Shown: piece after piece, positions 1 through 16,805 of the stretch
How the letters are laid out: every line of letters begins with the position of its first letter
Numbering within the stretch: the stretch's first letter is position 1
From: the human T2T-CHM13v2.0 reference genome, Homo sapiens
NCBI RefSeq assembly: GCF_009914755.1
Contig: NC_060935.1
DNA length: 64,000 nucleotides
Reading direction: 5' to 3' (one strand)
Position numbers and translations under genes: made by a program
The notes under the pieces: model-generated
What the model was told of the DNA's origin: nothing
Seen by the model: the letters and a program-made list of their open reading frames with translations, nothing else
Database searches by the model: none

Positions 1-157
1 AGTTTGTTTAACTTCCTTTTGGAATCCATAACGTTTTAATAAAACTCACTTTGAAAAAAATCTCAAATACACTAACAAGGGAAATACATTTTGTTATTTA
101 CAAATATGGGCCAGGGAGAAATGTGAGACAGTGTAACTTGGGGCCAGGCACAGAGTT

Positions 158-420
158 ATTCATTTATTCAATAAATATTTACTGAATGCCTACTATGTGC
201 CAGGCATTATGCTAAGATGCTGGGGATATACCTAGTAATGAAGAAGGAAGAAATTGTCTCTGCCTACATGTAACTAAAAGTCCTTGGGAGAAGAAAGATA
301 GTGAAAAATAAATCCAAATGCGATGTGTTATGAAAGAGGAAGTATAAAGTGCCATGAGTATGAGTGGAAAGAGCAGTTAAAGGTGAGCAGAGGAGCAGCT
401 CTCAGTGGAAAGAAATCAAA
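158..420 (-). mobile_element. L2 LINE 3' fragment
   Basis: attcatttattcaataaatatttactgaatgcctactatgtgccaggc is the reverse of the typical L2 3' end; boundaries approximate. Confidence 0.7.
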
Positions 421-2498
421 AGCTAAGATAAAAACCAGTAACACTCTGGATGGGTGGGAATAGATTGAAATCCATAAAGCCAAAGAGATTTGAATTACTT
501 GACTTCAAATAGGTTGAATATTTCAGTAAGGTAAGGACTCTATTCTTTTTCTTTCTCGGCCTTTGTCCAGAGAGTGGGAAAAGTTTGAAAGATTTGGTCT
601 GAATCCAGGTTTTAAAAATTATTTTTATGGATTGATTAATATTGTTATACACAACAGGACTACAGAATGTAGGAGATGGGGTAACTGTCCCCAAAAGAGG
701 TCATAGCCTTGTTGGAGAGACAACATATAAACATAGAAAAAAATAAAAGAGGTCTCTTAGGAGACTATAAATGATTAAAGCCTTAATGAAGGCAGAGGAA
801 GAAGTTTCTATGGGCACAAATAATAAGTAATGATGTCTTGCTAGAGATGTCCTATTTTAGAACTTATTGGTGAATTATGACATTCTAAGATAGGCCTAAG
901 TGTACAAGACTTAGGTCTAAAATTAGGCATTAGAAACTGCCTCCCTGTTTGGCCTGGCTGATGGCAGAGGGAGGGTCAGAAATACAGGGGAGATTCAGTA
1001 GCCAAAGATGGGTTCATCTATAGCTATGATGAGATAAACAGTTGACACCAAGATTATACATTCTGGTGTCTAGAAGGGGGATCTTCGTGTATTCATCCAT
1101 TCTCACACTGCTATAAAGATACTACCTGAGACTAAGTAATTTATAAAGAAAAGAGGTTAATTGACTCACAGTTCTACATGGCTGGCGAGTCTTCAGGAGA
1201 CTTACAATCATGGTGGAAGGTGAAGAAAAAACAAGGACCTTCTTCACATGGCAATAAGAGAGAGAAGGGTGAGCAGGGGAAATGCCAGATGCTTATAGAA
1301 CCATCAGATCTTGTGAGAACTCATTCACTATCACAAGAACAGCATCGGGGGAACGACCCCTATGATCCACTCACCTCCCACCAGGTCCCTCCCTTGACAC
1401 ATGGGGATTATGGGGATTACAATTCAAGATGAGATTTGGGTGGGAACACAAAGCCTCCATATCATTCCACCCCTGGCCCCTCCCAAGTCTTTTTCTCTCA
1501 TTTCAAAACATAATCATGCCTTCCCAACAGTACCTCAAAGTCTTAACTCATTCCAGCATTAAACCAAAAGTCCAAGTTCAAAGTCCCATCTGAGACAAGG
1601 CATGCCACTTCTGTCTAGTAGCCTATAAAATCAAAAGCAAGTTAATTACTTCCAAGATACTATGGGGGTATAGGCATTGGATAAATACTCCCATTCCAAA
1701 TGGAAGAAATTGGCCAAAACAAAGGGGATACAGGCCCCACGCAAGTCTGAAATCCAGCAGGGCAGTCATTAAATCTTTAAGCTCCAAAAGGATCTCCTGT
1801 GACTCCATGTCTCATATCCAGGTCATGCTGATGAAAAAGGTGGGCTCCCATGGCCTTGGGCAGCCCTGCCCCTGTGGCTTTGCAGGGTATAGCCCCCGCC
1901 CTGGCTGCTTTCATGGCTGGCATTGAGTATCTGCGGCTTTTCCAGGCTAATGATGCAACCTGTTTGGAGGATGGTGGCCCTCTTCTCATAGCTCCAATTA
2001 GGCAGTGCCCCAGTGGGGACTCTGCATGAGAAATCCAACTTCACATTTCCCTTCCACACTGCACTAGCAGAGGTTCTCTGTGAGAGCTCTGCCCCTGCAG
2101 AAGACTTCTGCCTGGACACCTGGGCATTTCCATGTATCCTCTGAAATCTAGGCAGAGGTGCCCAAACCTCACTTCTTGTTTTTCTGTGCACCCGCAGGCC
2201 CAACACCACATGGAAGCTGCCAAGACTTGGGGCTTGCACCCTCTGAAGCCATGACCCAAGCTGTACCTTGGACCCTTTCAGCCACAGCTAGGATGAAGGG
2301 TGCCAAGTCCCAAGGCTACAAACAGAGCAGCAGCGGGGCCTGGCCCACAAAACCATTTTTTCCTACTAGGCCTCCAGGTCTGTGATGGGAGGGGCTGCCA
2401 TGAAGGTCTCTGACATGCCCTGGAGACATTTGCCCCATCGTCCTGGCTATTAACGTTTGGCTTCTGGTTACTCATGCAAATTTCTGCAGCTGGCTTAA

Positions 2499-2888
<390 letters not shown>

Positions 2889-3404
2889 TAAAAATAAGTT
2901 CCAATTTCAAATTATCTCTTTGTGAATGTATAAGACTGAACACTTTCAAAATCAACCAGGTCACCTCTTGAATGCTTTGCTACTTAGAAATTTCTTCTGC
3001 CAGATGCCTTAAATCATCTCTCTCAAGTTCAAAGTTTCACAGATCTCTAGGGCAGTGGCAAAATGCCAGCAGTCTCTTTGCTAAAGCATAGCAAGAGTGA
3101 CCCTTTGCTCCAGTTCCCAAGAAGTTCCTCATCTCCATTTGAGACCACCTCAGCCTGGACTACATTGTCCACATCATTATCAGCATTTTGGTCAAAACCA
3201 TTCAACAAGTCTCTAGGAAGGTTCAAACTTTCCCACATCTTCCTGTCTTCTTCTGAGCCCTCCAAACTGTTCCAACATCTGCCTGTCACCCAGTCCCAAA
3301 GTCGCTTCCAAATTTTCAAGTATCTTTATAGCAGTGCCCCAAACTCTTGGCGCCAATTTACTGTATTAGTCCATTCTCTCACACTGCTATTAAGAATATT
3401 ACCC

Positions 3405-3711
<307 letters not shown>

Positions 3712-4811
3712 TTACCCAAGACTGGGTAATTTATAAAGGAAAAAGTTTAATTGACTCACAGTTCCACATGGCTGGGGAGGCCTCAGGATTTACAATCACA
3801 GCGGAAGGTGAAGAGAAAACAAGGACCTTCTTCGCATGGCAGCAGGAGAGAGAAGAGTGAGCAGGGGAAAGGCCAGATGTTTACAAAACCATCAGATCTC
3901 TTGAGAACTTCCTCACTATCACAAGAACAGCATGGGGAAAATTGCCCTCATGATCCAATCACCTCCCATTGGGTTCCTCCCTTGACATGTGGGGATTATG
4001 GAGATTACAGTTCAAGATGAGATTTAGGTGGGAACACAAAGCCTAACCATATCACTTGGATTCCAGAATGTTGGGATGAAAACTTCCCTTTCAGCAGAAG
4101 GCATATAGGAATGACTTGTCCTTGAGACAATGATCAAGACAAGAAAGCTATTCTGGGCCAGTGGAACAGGAAAGATACACATTTAGTCTCATGCAAGGGA
4201 AGATAAGAAAATCTCAAATAAGCTTCTATCAGGGATCTGAGGTGCAACTGCGTCAATATATAGGACATAGTGTATCAACATGTATAGGAGATGAGCCAGA
4301 TAAGCTGGAGTAGGTAGAAACAGGAGACGTGAAGCTTCACCTCCTTTGGCTTTCAGCTTATTAGTATTATGCAGCTGGACTAGATAAACTCTTATGTTCT
4401 TTACAATTCCAAAATTATATTTATGAGGTGGAGGAAGACATTTTAATAATCGCATAAAGTGTCTACTATGTGCCAGGTACTTTCATACACTATCTCACAT
4501 TATCCTCACAACTTTGTGAGGTTAATTATTACTATCCTAATAGTATAGCTAAGGTTTAGAGGCATTAATAACTTACTCATGATTATATAGCTAGCAAGTA
4601 GATAAGCCAAAATTCAAACACAAATTTGTCTGATACCCAAATCCTTAATCTTTCCAATCACCATGGTATTTTCTAAGATGTGATAAGAAATGATGTGGAG
4701 GAAATTTCAGTTTCAGCCAGGGGTTGAGTGAAGGCAACGAGTTGCATCTGGCAGAAAAAGGGAATCATGCAAGGATGAGTCTTTACTTACATACATAAAG
4801 GTTCTTAGTAA

Positions 4812-5257
<446 letters not shown>

Positions 5258-5639
5258 TCAATTCTACTAACCAATTCTATAGTACAATATTTGATCTGAA
5301 CAAAATGTTTTGAGAGCTATGGACTGATGCTCAATCCATTTCTAATCTGCAAAAGCTGGAAAGCTAACAAGTGACATTTACCAGAATCCCTTTCAGTGAG
5401 CATTCCTGCCATGATTTGGTTCAGTACATCTTGTGAGAAATGAATTCAGAACCGAGTCATGTCAGGAGAGAGGAAAGATGCATGGACTCTAATTTGCCAT
5501 GTGGATTGGCAGAGGTGATTTGTATGATTCTGGAGCAAGTAGTTTCCTATAATAGCAGCAGCAGAAGAGGTAATAAGTTGTGTGGTGAGCAAAAATGGCA
5601 GCAGATTCCTACAGCAATGGTGGCATGAGCTATTCTTTT

Positions 5640-5930
5640 CTCTCTCTTTCTTTCAAGACAGGGTCTCACTCTGTGGCTCAGGCTGGAGTGCAGTAGCACA
5701 ATCACAGTGCACTGTAACTTCAACCACCCAGGCTCAAGTGGTCCTTACCCCTCAGCCACTGGAGTAGCTGGGACAACAGGTGTGCCCCAACACTCCTGGC
5801 TTTTTTTTTTTTTTTAGAGATGGGATTTCACTATGTTGCCCAGGCTGGTCTCAAACTCCTGGGCCCAAGCGGTCCTCCTGCCTCAGCCTCCCAAAGTTTT
5901 GGGATTACAGGTATAAGCCACCGTGCTAGT
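5640..5930 (-). mobile_element. AluJ-like
   Basis: gacagggtctcactctgtggctcaggctggagtgcag...gattacagg. Confidence 0.85.
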
Positions 5931-6228
5931 CCAGTGGGAGCTTTTCTAATCATGGTAGAAAGAGTTGTGAGTGGTGGAAGTTGTGAGTAGTTGTAAGTGG
6001 TGGAAGGTGTTCCAAGGAGTTGGACCTACAGCTTTGCTCCTCTAGTCCTTTCAGTAGTTTTGTACACATTCAATTCCTTGCTTTAAATCCCTTTATGCTT
6101 AAACTTGACCAGATTCTCTGTTATGCAACTGAACACGGATTGATGCAGAAATATGAAAAGTTGTAAGCAATAAACTTTCCACTTGTATCTGAAGGCAGTG
6201 AGGAGCTTGTTACTATTAGAGAAAACTT

Positions 6229-6522
6229 GGCTGGGTATGGTGGCTCACACCTGTAATCCCAGCACTTTGGGAGGCCAAGGCAGATGGATTGTATGAGGTC
6301 AGGAGTTTAAGACCAGCCTGGCCAACATGGCAAAACCCCATCTCTACTAAAAATACAAAAATTAGCTGGGCATGGTGGCATGCGCCTGTAATCCCAGCTG
6401 AGGCAGGAGAATAGCTTGAAACCGGGATATGGAGGTTGCAGTGAGCCGGGATTGCACCATTGCACTCCGGCCTGGGCGACAAGAGCGAAACTCCATCTCA
6501 AAATAAATAAATAAATAAATAA
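6229..6522 (+). mobile_element. AluS with (AAAT)n tail
   Basis: Alu dimer with a small deletion in the right arm. Confidence 0.85.
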
Positions 6523-6589
6523 ATATTTTTTAAAGAAAGGATCATCTCTGGTCATCTGGAATGAAGTGTCTATTAAAGTCAAGGCTTTG

Positions 6590-7196
<607 letters not shown>

Positions 7197-7663
7197 TTTT
7201 TTTTAATTTGAAAAGGAAAAGGCAAGGTTTTGGTGGACCAGCTGGCTGCTGGGAGGGACTATTATGGAAGGTACAAGGAATATAAGGGCAGGGGTTGTGC
7301 TGGTTGCTTCTAACTATGCTAGAAACGTTAAAGAAAATTATAGGCCCAAGATTTCAAATTTTTAACTCAGCACTTCAGAAAACCAGGGATTTTCCATGAT
7401 TGCCCTAAAAAATCCCGTAAAGCCACAAGTCTAACACATCAAAAATTAGAAGCAGAATCTGATTCAGTAGAATGCTGAATTATGACCAAAGTAGAATTAA
7501 TGATTTTACTTGATCTCTGATTGTGGAAGTTAGGGCAGCGACTGAAAAAGAGTAGGGCTATAAAAATGGTATCCTGTGCTCCCGAAATCTACTGAATGTC
7601 CCATGCCTACAGAAGCAGCCTGTTTACTCCTCTGATGAGGCTGGTCTTGCCTTTGCTGAAAAC

Positions 7664-8016
7664 TGTATTAGTCCATTCTCATGCTGCTATAAAGACATAC
7701 CCGAGACTAGGTAATTTATTAAAAAAAAAAAGAGGTTTAATTGACTCACAGTTCTGCAGGGCTGGGGACACCTCAGGAAACTTACAATCATGGTGGAAGT
7801 GGAAGCAAACATGTCCTTCTTCACAGGCAGCAGGAGAGAGAAGAATGAGAGCCAAGCGAAGGGGGAAGCCCCTTATAAAACCATCATGATCTCGTGACAA
7901 TTTACTTACCATCACAAGAACAGCATGTAGGAAACTGCCCCCATGATTCAATTATCTCCACCTGGTCCCTACAATTCAAGATGAGATATGGGTGGGGACA
8001 CAGAAAAGCCATATCA
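7664..8016 (+). mobile_element. MaLR (MST/THE1-type) solo LTR
   Basis: tgtattagtccattctcatgctgc...ccatatca with 5-bp TSD aaaac. Confidence 0.88.
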
Positions 8017-8026
8017 AAAACCATAT

Positions 8027-8525
8027 TGTGATCCTTCAGTAACCAGTCTCCAAGAAGGCCCCAGTGATCTCCACTTTCTAGTATTAAATGACCTTATGTA
8101 GCCTCCTCCCATACTCATTAGGGTTGACCTGTGTAACCTATAGAATATTGCAGACATGATGGTGTGTGACTTCTGAGGCTATAGATATCATAATAGGTAT
8201 TGTCATTTCTGCCTTACATCTGGAGAAAGCCAGATGCCATATTGTAAAGACACTACAGAGAAGTTCAAATGGCATGGAACTGAGGCCTGCTACAAAGACC
8301 CAGCACAAACTTGCCAAGTATGTGAGTGAACCATATTGAAAGCAGATCCGCCAGCCCCAGTCAAGCCCCAAATGACATCTTGACACCAACGTTATGAGAT
8401 AACCTGAGCCAGAATCACCCCCCTAAGCCAATTCTAGATTCCTGACCTAAAGAAACTGTGTGAGATAATGCTTGTTATTTTCAGTTGCTAAATTTTGGGT
8501 AATGTGTCACACAATACAGATAATA
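8027..8525 (+). mobile_element. MLT1-type LTR
   Basis: ends cctgacctaaagaaactgtgtgagataatgcttgttattttcagttgctaaattttggg...gataa, typical of MLT1. Confidence 0.7.
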
Positions 8526-8630
8526 AAGGTCTCATCTTGCACAGGGATGGCAATTTTCCTCTTCTCTATCCTATCTCCTATAACTAACTCCAGATTCATA
8601 TATTGAGTCAGATCCTCACATGCTGTAAGG

Positions 8631-9127
8631 CAGAGGTCCCCAGCCTGTTAGGATCAGGCTGCACAGCAGGAGGTGAGGGGCAGGTGAGTGAGTGAAGCTT
8701 CATCTGTATTTATAGCCATTCCCCATTGCTTGCATGACCGCCTGAACTCTGCCTTCTGTCAGAACAGCAGCAGCATTAGATTCTCATAGGAGCACAAACC
8801 CTATTGTGGACTGCACATGTGAGGGATCTAGGTTGCATGCTCCTTATGAGAATCTAATGCCTGATGATCTTCACTGTCTCCCATTACTCCCAGATGAGAC
8901 CATCTAGTTGCAAGAAAACAAGCTCAGGGCTTCCACTGATTCTACATTATGGTGAGTTGCATAATTATTTCATTACATATTACAATGTAATAATAATATA
9001 AAGTGTACAAAAAATGTAATGAGCTTGAATCATCCTACCCCTACCCCTCCCCACCAATCCCCCATACTGGTCCATGGAAAAACTGTCTTCCATGAAACCA
9101 GTCCCTGGAAAATGTTGGGGACCGCTG
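8631..9127. mobile_element. MER1A-like hAT-Charlie non-autonomous element
   Basis: TIRs cagaggtcccca... / ...tggggaccgctg; 8-bp TSD-like ctgtaagg / ctctaaag. Confidence 0.85.
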
Positions 9128-9434
9128 CTCTAAAGGACCAACAATAAAGTAAGTTTGGGAAGAGAAAGATTACATGTCAGAAGAATGGTAAGATTTTGCT
9201 AAACTGCATTGGCAAAAAGCTGGAGAATATATGTAGAAATAGACTCTTGAAGATGCAAGATCAAGGAAAAAGGAACATAATTTTGGATTGGGCTGAATGT
9301 ATTGATATGAGAACATTTGTCTAAGATTCTGGTACTAGTTCAGGTAGCTTTGAGTGTTCTAGTTATGCTCGGTTGATTAATTAAAAACTAGACTCAACTG
9401 GTGACTGAAACCAAATAGGATTGGGTTGGCAATA

Positions 9435-9730
9435 ATTTTTTTTTTTTTTTTCTTGAGACAGTCTCACTTTGTCACCCAGGCTGGCGTGCAGGGGCTGGTC
9501 TCAGCTTACTGCAACCTCTGCCTCTTGGGTTTGAGTGATTCTCCTGCCTCGCCTCCCAAGCAGCTGGGATTATAGGCATGCACCACTAAACTCAGCTAAT
9601 TTCTGTATTTTTAGTAGAGATGGGGTTTCTCCATGTTGGCCAGACTGGTCTCAAACTCCCAACCTCAGGTGATCTGCCCACCTCGACCTCCCAAAATGCT
9701 GGGATTACAGGCATGAGCCACTGCGCCTGG
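9435..9730 (-). mobile_element. AluS
   Basis: polyT plus reverse Alu dimer. Confidence 0.88.
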
Positions 9731-9744
9731 CATGCCCCAAAATT

Positions 9745-10272
9745 TTGCTTAACTTTTATTTTAGATCCAGGGGTACATGTGAGGTTTGTTATATAGGTAC
9801 ATTCATGTCACGGGTTTGTTGTGCAGATTATTTTGTCACCCAGGTACTAAGCCAATAGTTATTTTTTCTGCTCATCTCCCTCCTCCCACCTTCCATCCTC
9901 AAGTAGGCCCCAGTGTCTGTTGTTCCTCTGTGTGTCCATGTGTTCTCATCATTTAGCTCTCACCTGTAAGTGGGAACGTGCAGTATTTGGTTTTCTGTTC
10001 CTGCATGAGTTTACTAAGAATAATGGCCACCAGCTCCATCTACGTTCCTGCAAAAGACATGATCTCGTTCTTTTTCATGGCCACATAGTATTCCATGGTG
10101 TATATGTACCACATTTTCTTTATCCAGTCTGTCACTGATGGGCATTTAGGTTGATTCCGTGTCTTTGCTATTGTGAACAGTGTTGCAGTGAACATTTGTG
10201 TGTATGTATCTTTATGGTAGAATGATTTATATTCTTCTGGGTATCTACCCAGTAATGGGATTGCTGGGTTGA
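9745..10272 (-). mobile_element. L1PA 3' end (5'-truncated)
   Basis: L1 3'UTR and ORF2 C-terminal peptide (PKCPSVTDWIKKMWYIYTMEYY) on - strand. Confidence 0.9.
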
Positions 10273-11335
10273 ATAAATGTCTTGATATAATGCTGAAGAT
10301 AAGCTCCAAAGGCTTAGGAAGAAAGAAGAAAGCAAACTCAAAGTGGGTTTTTTGTTTTTTACGACAGAGCCTTGCTCTGTTGCTCAGGCCGAAGTGCAGT
10401 GGCACAATCATAGCTCACTGCAACCTTGAACTCTTAGGCTCAAGCAATCCTCCTGCCTAGGCCTCCCCAAAGCTCTTGGATTACAGGTGTGAGCCACTGT
10501 GCCCAGCCTGAAATGGGTTGTTATTTGCATTGGATCATCAACCCCCGTGTCCCCCAAAGGACCTAGAGCACATTATCTTCACACCATAGCATAAATAAAT
10601 AGACTGGTGAGTATAGTGCAAGTGCCCCTGAACATTACTATAATGGCTGTCCTCTGGGGATAAAGGTTGCATATGTTGGCACTGAAATGGGCTTCCCCCC
10701 TCCCCCTTTCTTGTTCTTTTTTCTTTTCTTTGAAATGGGCTTTCCACTTTCAGTGATGGTGAGGGATCCTGAGGTGGTAGAGGCCAGACAGGAGAACATA
10801 ACTGCCATAGTAACATTATGCACAATTACCAAGAGTGGTAATTGAAAGGTTTGACCTACAGAGATCTTTGATGGTTGCTAATTGATCATAGTTTTTAATA
10901 CTGAAACAGATGTGTAGCTCACTAAGGACTTAAAGATTTGTGCAAATGAACAAACTCTAGATTAGGAAAACACAGGCCTGACTACAGACACCACTAAAAG
11001 TCAGAGCCCACATCTATTTCTATTCCTGGGAAGTTCAGAGACTCAGAATACAGAGTATACTATGTACCTTTGAGAAAGAACTGTGTGATTACATCAAAAG
11101 TATCTTTCTCTCAGCCTTCAATCAAAAGGACATATAGCTATTTGCTAGGGTAAAATTGTGCACAGGAGGAAATATCTTGACCTTTAAGGGATTATCAGAC
11201 ACAAGTGTTAATCCTTGGTGACCCAGAATACTATGCTCACAGACTCACTGGTCTTACTGTACATTCCATCATCCAGAAGCAGCTGGTCTTCAGAACTCTT
11301 GAACAGCTTTTTGAAGACTCAGTTCCAGCTGTTCC

Positions 11336-11719
11336 ATTTTGTGACTCAGGTACTAAGCCAACAGTTATTTTTTCTGCTCATCTCCCTCCTTCCACCTTCC
11401 ATCCTCAAGTAGGCACCAGTGTCTGTTGTTCCTCTCTGTGTGTCCATGTGTTCTCAACATTTAGCTCTCACCTGTAAGTGGGAACATGCAGTATCTGGTT
11501 TTGTTCCTGCATGAGTTTACTAAGAATAATGGCCACCAGCTCCATCCACGTTCCTGCAAAAGACATGATCTCGTTCTTTTTTATGGCCATTTAGTATTCC
11601 ATGGTGTATATGTACCACATTTTCTTTACCCAGTCTGTCATTGATGGGCATTTAAGTTGATTCCATGTCTTTGCTATTGTGAACAGTGCTGCAATGAACA
11701 TTTGTGTGTATGTGTCTTT
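11336..11719 (-). repeat. Local duplicate of the L1PA segment at ~9830-10213
   Basis: near-identical to 9830-10213 including private variants; no polyA tail. Confidence 0.85.
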
Positions 11720-12477
11720 TGTTTCCCAGCAGGGAAGGAATGCTTTGCAAAGTTAGGATGTCGCCCTATAGCAGAGATTAGCAAATTATAGTCTGAGGGC
11801 AAATATGCCCTAAATCCTATTTTTGGACAGATTTTAAGAATTTTTTTTTTACACTTTTTAAGGGTTGTAACAGTAACAACAAAAAAGAATACATGACAGA
11901 TATCAATCATGTGTGGTCTTTAAAGCTTGGAATATTTATTATCTGGTCCTTTACAGAAAAAAGCATGCCAACTCCTGTGCTACAGCAATGTGCTGTGAAC
12001 CAGCAACCAACATAAAGCGCGGTTTTTCCCTTATCTATATCTGCTGGGAAACCCAGGCTTGAGATAAACACTTCCCACTATGATACCCACTGATGCACTC
12101 AAAATGTTTTGCTTTCTATTTTCACAACTTTGAGCTTTGCCTATGTAGAACTCTTTATCTAAGGGAGACATGCTCTAACCCAGAAAATCCAAGAATGGTT
12201 CCTCTTAACTGGAAGTTTATTAACCAGCTGCAGATGCTGGCAGTATGAAGATGGAATAGATAATGAAGGAAGGATATTCTAGTTTACGAGACCAGTTGTA
12301 GAAATAAAGATGTAGTAGCTACCCATCTACTTTATTCTATTTTGTATGTATCTATATAGGTTAATCATTCCCATTGACTTGTTTTCTCTCCTCATTTATA
12401 TAAGGTGTATTTGTAATTTAGCTAATGGTATTGTACTTATGTTTATTAATTTTGATAATTATGCTATAATTATATAA

Positions 12478-13026
<549 letters not shown>

Positions 13027-13597
13027 AAGTTTAAAAATGAGCACAATTATGCAAACATAAATATATGATTTAGAAACACATGAAGTGATGAAATTTTTGA
13101 TGCAATGTGGAATAAAAAATAAGATGCACTAAAATAATGTTTGCTCCTTTTTTAGATGCAAATGACATTAAATAAATCTTATAAATTACACTAAAGTAAT
13201 GCCAGGAATTTTTCTTTATAACATTTTAAAAATACATATATATTTAAAAATAGAGACAGGGTCTCACTGTGTTGCCCAAGCTAGTCTTAAACTCCTGGGC
13301 TCAAGCGATCCTGCTGCCTCAGCTTCCCAAAGTGCTGGGATTACAGGTGTAAACCGCTGCACCCAGACATGGACTTTTCTTCTATCACTTCTTTAATATT
13401 TCCTCCGTAAAATTATTTCATGTGTCTCTCTTTGGAACTATGAGTTACTGGAATCCCTGCATTTATTTTACATGTCTCTGAAATCACCCTCCACCATTAT
13501 CTTTGTTCTTTTGGAGTAACTCTTTAGCTTACTGTTCCAGTTTTGCTAGTTTGCTCTTCATTGAAGAAGTCCATTCACTGTTTAGTCCACCTTTTAA

Positions 13598-13918
<321 letters not shown>

Positions 13919-14731
13919 TAATTTTTTAAAATGGTAACAATCTATTTAACTGGTTCTTTTTCATCATTACAATATTCTCTCCTATTCCTCTGGGGATATT
14001 CTGTATACAAACTAAATTTAAAAAAAACATGTGAGGTGCTTAGAAGAATGCCTGACACCACACCAGGATGCACTAATTATTAATAATTATCATTTCACAG
14101 ATCCTCTTCTGTTTACTCTGAAAACTACTTGCTTTTTGTTTGTTGACTGCTGTCATGCTTTCATGGTACTGGTCTTCCTCCGGCATTTGGTTGTTCCTAA
14201 TTTTGTTCTCATCTTGTTATTTCCTGTTCTCTGTGTATGAGGCCATTTCTGTTTATCATAGTTTGCTCTAGTGATTGTGAGGGGATAAAATGTAATCCTG
14301 GACAGGGTATGCCAGTAGCTAACATTCTGAGTGTGAAATGAGGCTTCCTTTCCTGGACACAGTGTAGCCACTGGGGTACTGCCTGGCTTATTGGCCCCAA
14401 GTTTCCAAAGTCACTGTGCTAGCTAGGGGCAAATACCATTCTGAGGTACCCTTGGCTTTGAAGAATGAATGAGGGAAGGAGCCAACCCAACCAGAGGTTT
14501 CAAATTCCATTCCCCAAAAGTTATCCTTTATAGTTGCTCTAGGACGCTATGCCATCCCCACCCCTGCCTTCTACTCCCCTACTCCATCTATCTCTTTTCT
14601 TTAATCTATCACTTCTGAGCCTGAATTATTACACTGCCAATTTGATCCCATCTCCCTTCTTTCAGAGACTTCTCAAAATTCCAAGTCTGCTGGTAATTTG
14701 GACTCTGATAATCTTTAATAATCTTGAACAG

Positions 14732-15033
14732 ACTGGGCGTGGTGGCTCAAGTCTATAATCCCAGCATTCTAGGAGGCCGAGGCAGAATTCCTTGAGGCCA
14801 GGAATTTGAGACTAGCCTGGGCAAAATAGCAAGACCCTATCTCTACAAAAAGTTGATAATTAGCTGAGCATCGTGATGCACACCTATAGTCCTAGTTACT
14901 CAGGGGGCTGAGGTGGGAGGATTACTTGAGGCCAAGAGTTTGAGGTGGCAGTGAGCTATGAAGGCATCACTGCACTCCAGCCTGGAGTGAGATCCTGTCT
15001 CTTAAAAAAAAGGGAGGGCTTTAAAAAAAAAAA
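14732..15033 (+). mobile_element. AluJ
   Basis: diverged Alu dimer with A tail. Confidence 0.8.
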
Positions 15034-15485
15034 AACACAGTGCCTTGGCCACCTGATAAATTCAGATTCATGGTTCAAGACTCAAATACAGCATTTATCT
15101 CTATGAATTTGTCTTTGACTCATACTTCATCATATTTTTCTCTGAACTTACATAGATCCTTGTATAAATCTTTATTGTTATTTATAAATGTCTGTCCCTG
15201 TACCCCATTAAACTGTGAATAAATTAACAAATGAAAAAAATGCTCTCCACAGGTCTATTAGTAATACTAGCATATCCACCAGATTATTTTCCTTAGATGG
15301 TCTTGCTGACAGGTAACTTCTACTTTGTGTGTTTTTAAAAATATGAACTAAAACTTGGAATTTATTATCACAGACCAAGAATGAAAAAGATTTAACTGTC
15401 CCTATCTATTAAGAAAATTGATTAGGATGAACAATCCTAAAAAACATTAGAATGAAGGTAACTTATTCTATGACACAAAACAAAC

Positions 15486-15771
<286 letters not shown>

Positions 15772-15989
15772 AAACATTTTTAATGCTTTAGAAAAATTCA
15801 TCTCTAGTCAAGTTTATGCTAACCATAAACATAATATAAAAATTACATACAATTCTATGTATTCACTGAGAGAAGAGCAACAAATGGAAATACTGTGTGC
15901 TTTGAAGTCAGACAGATGTAACCTGGAATCTCAGGTTTGTTACTCATTAGCTTTGTAAAACTGGATAAACAACTTGAGCACCCTGATCC

Positions 15990-16805
<816 letters not shown>

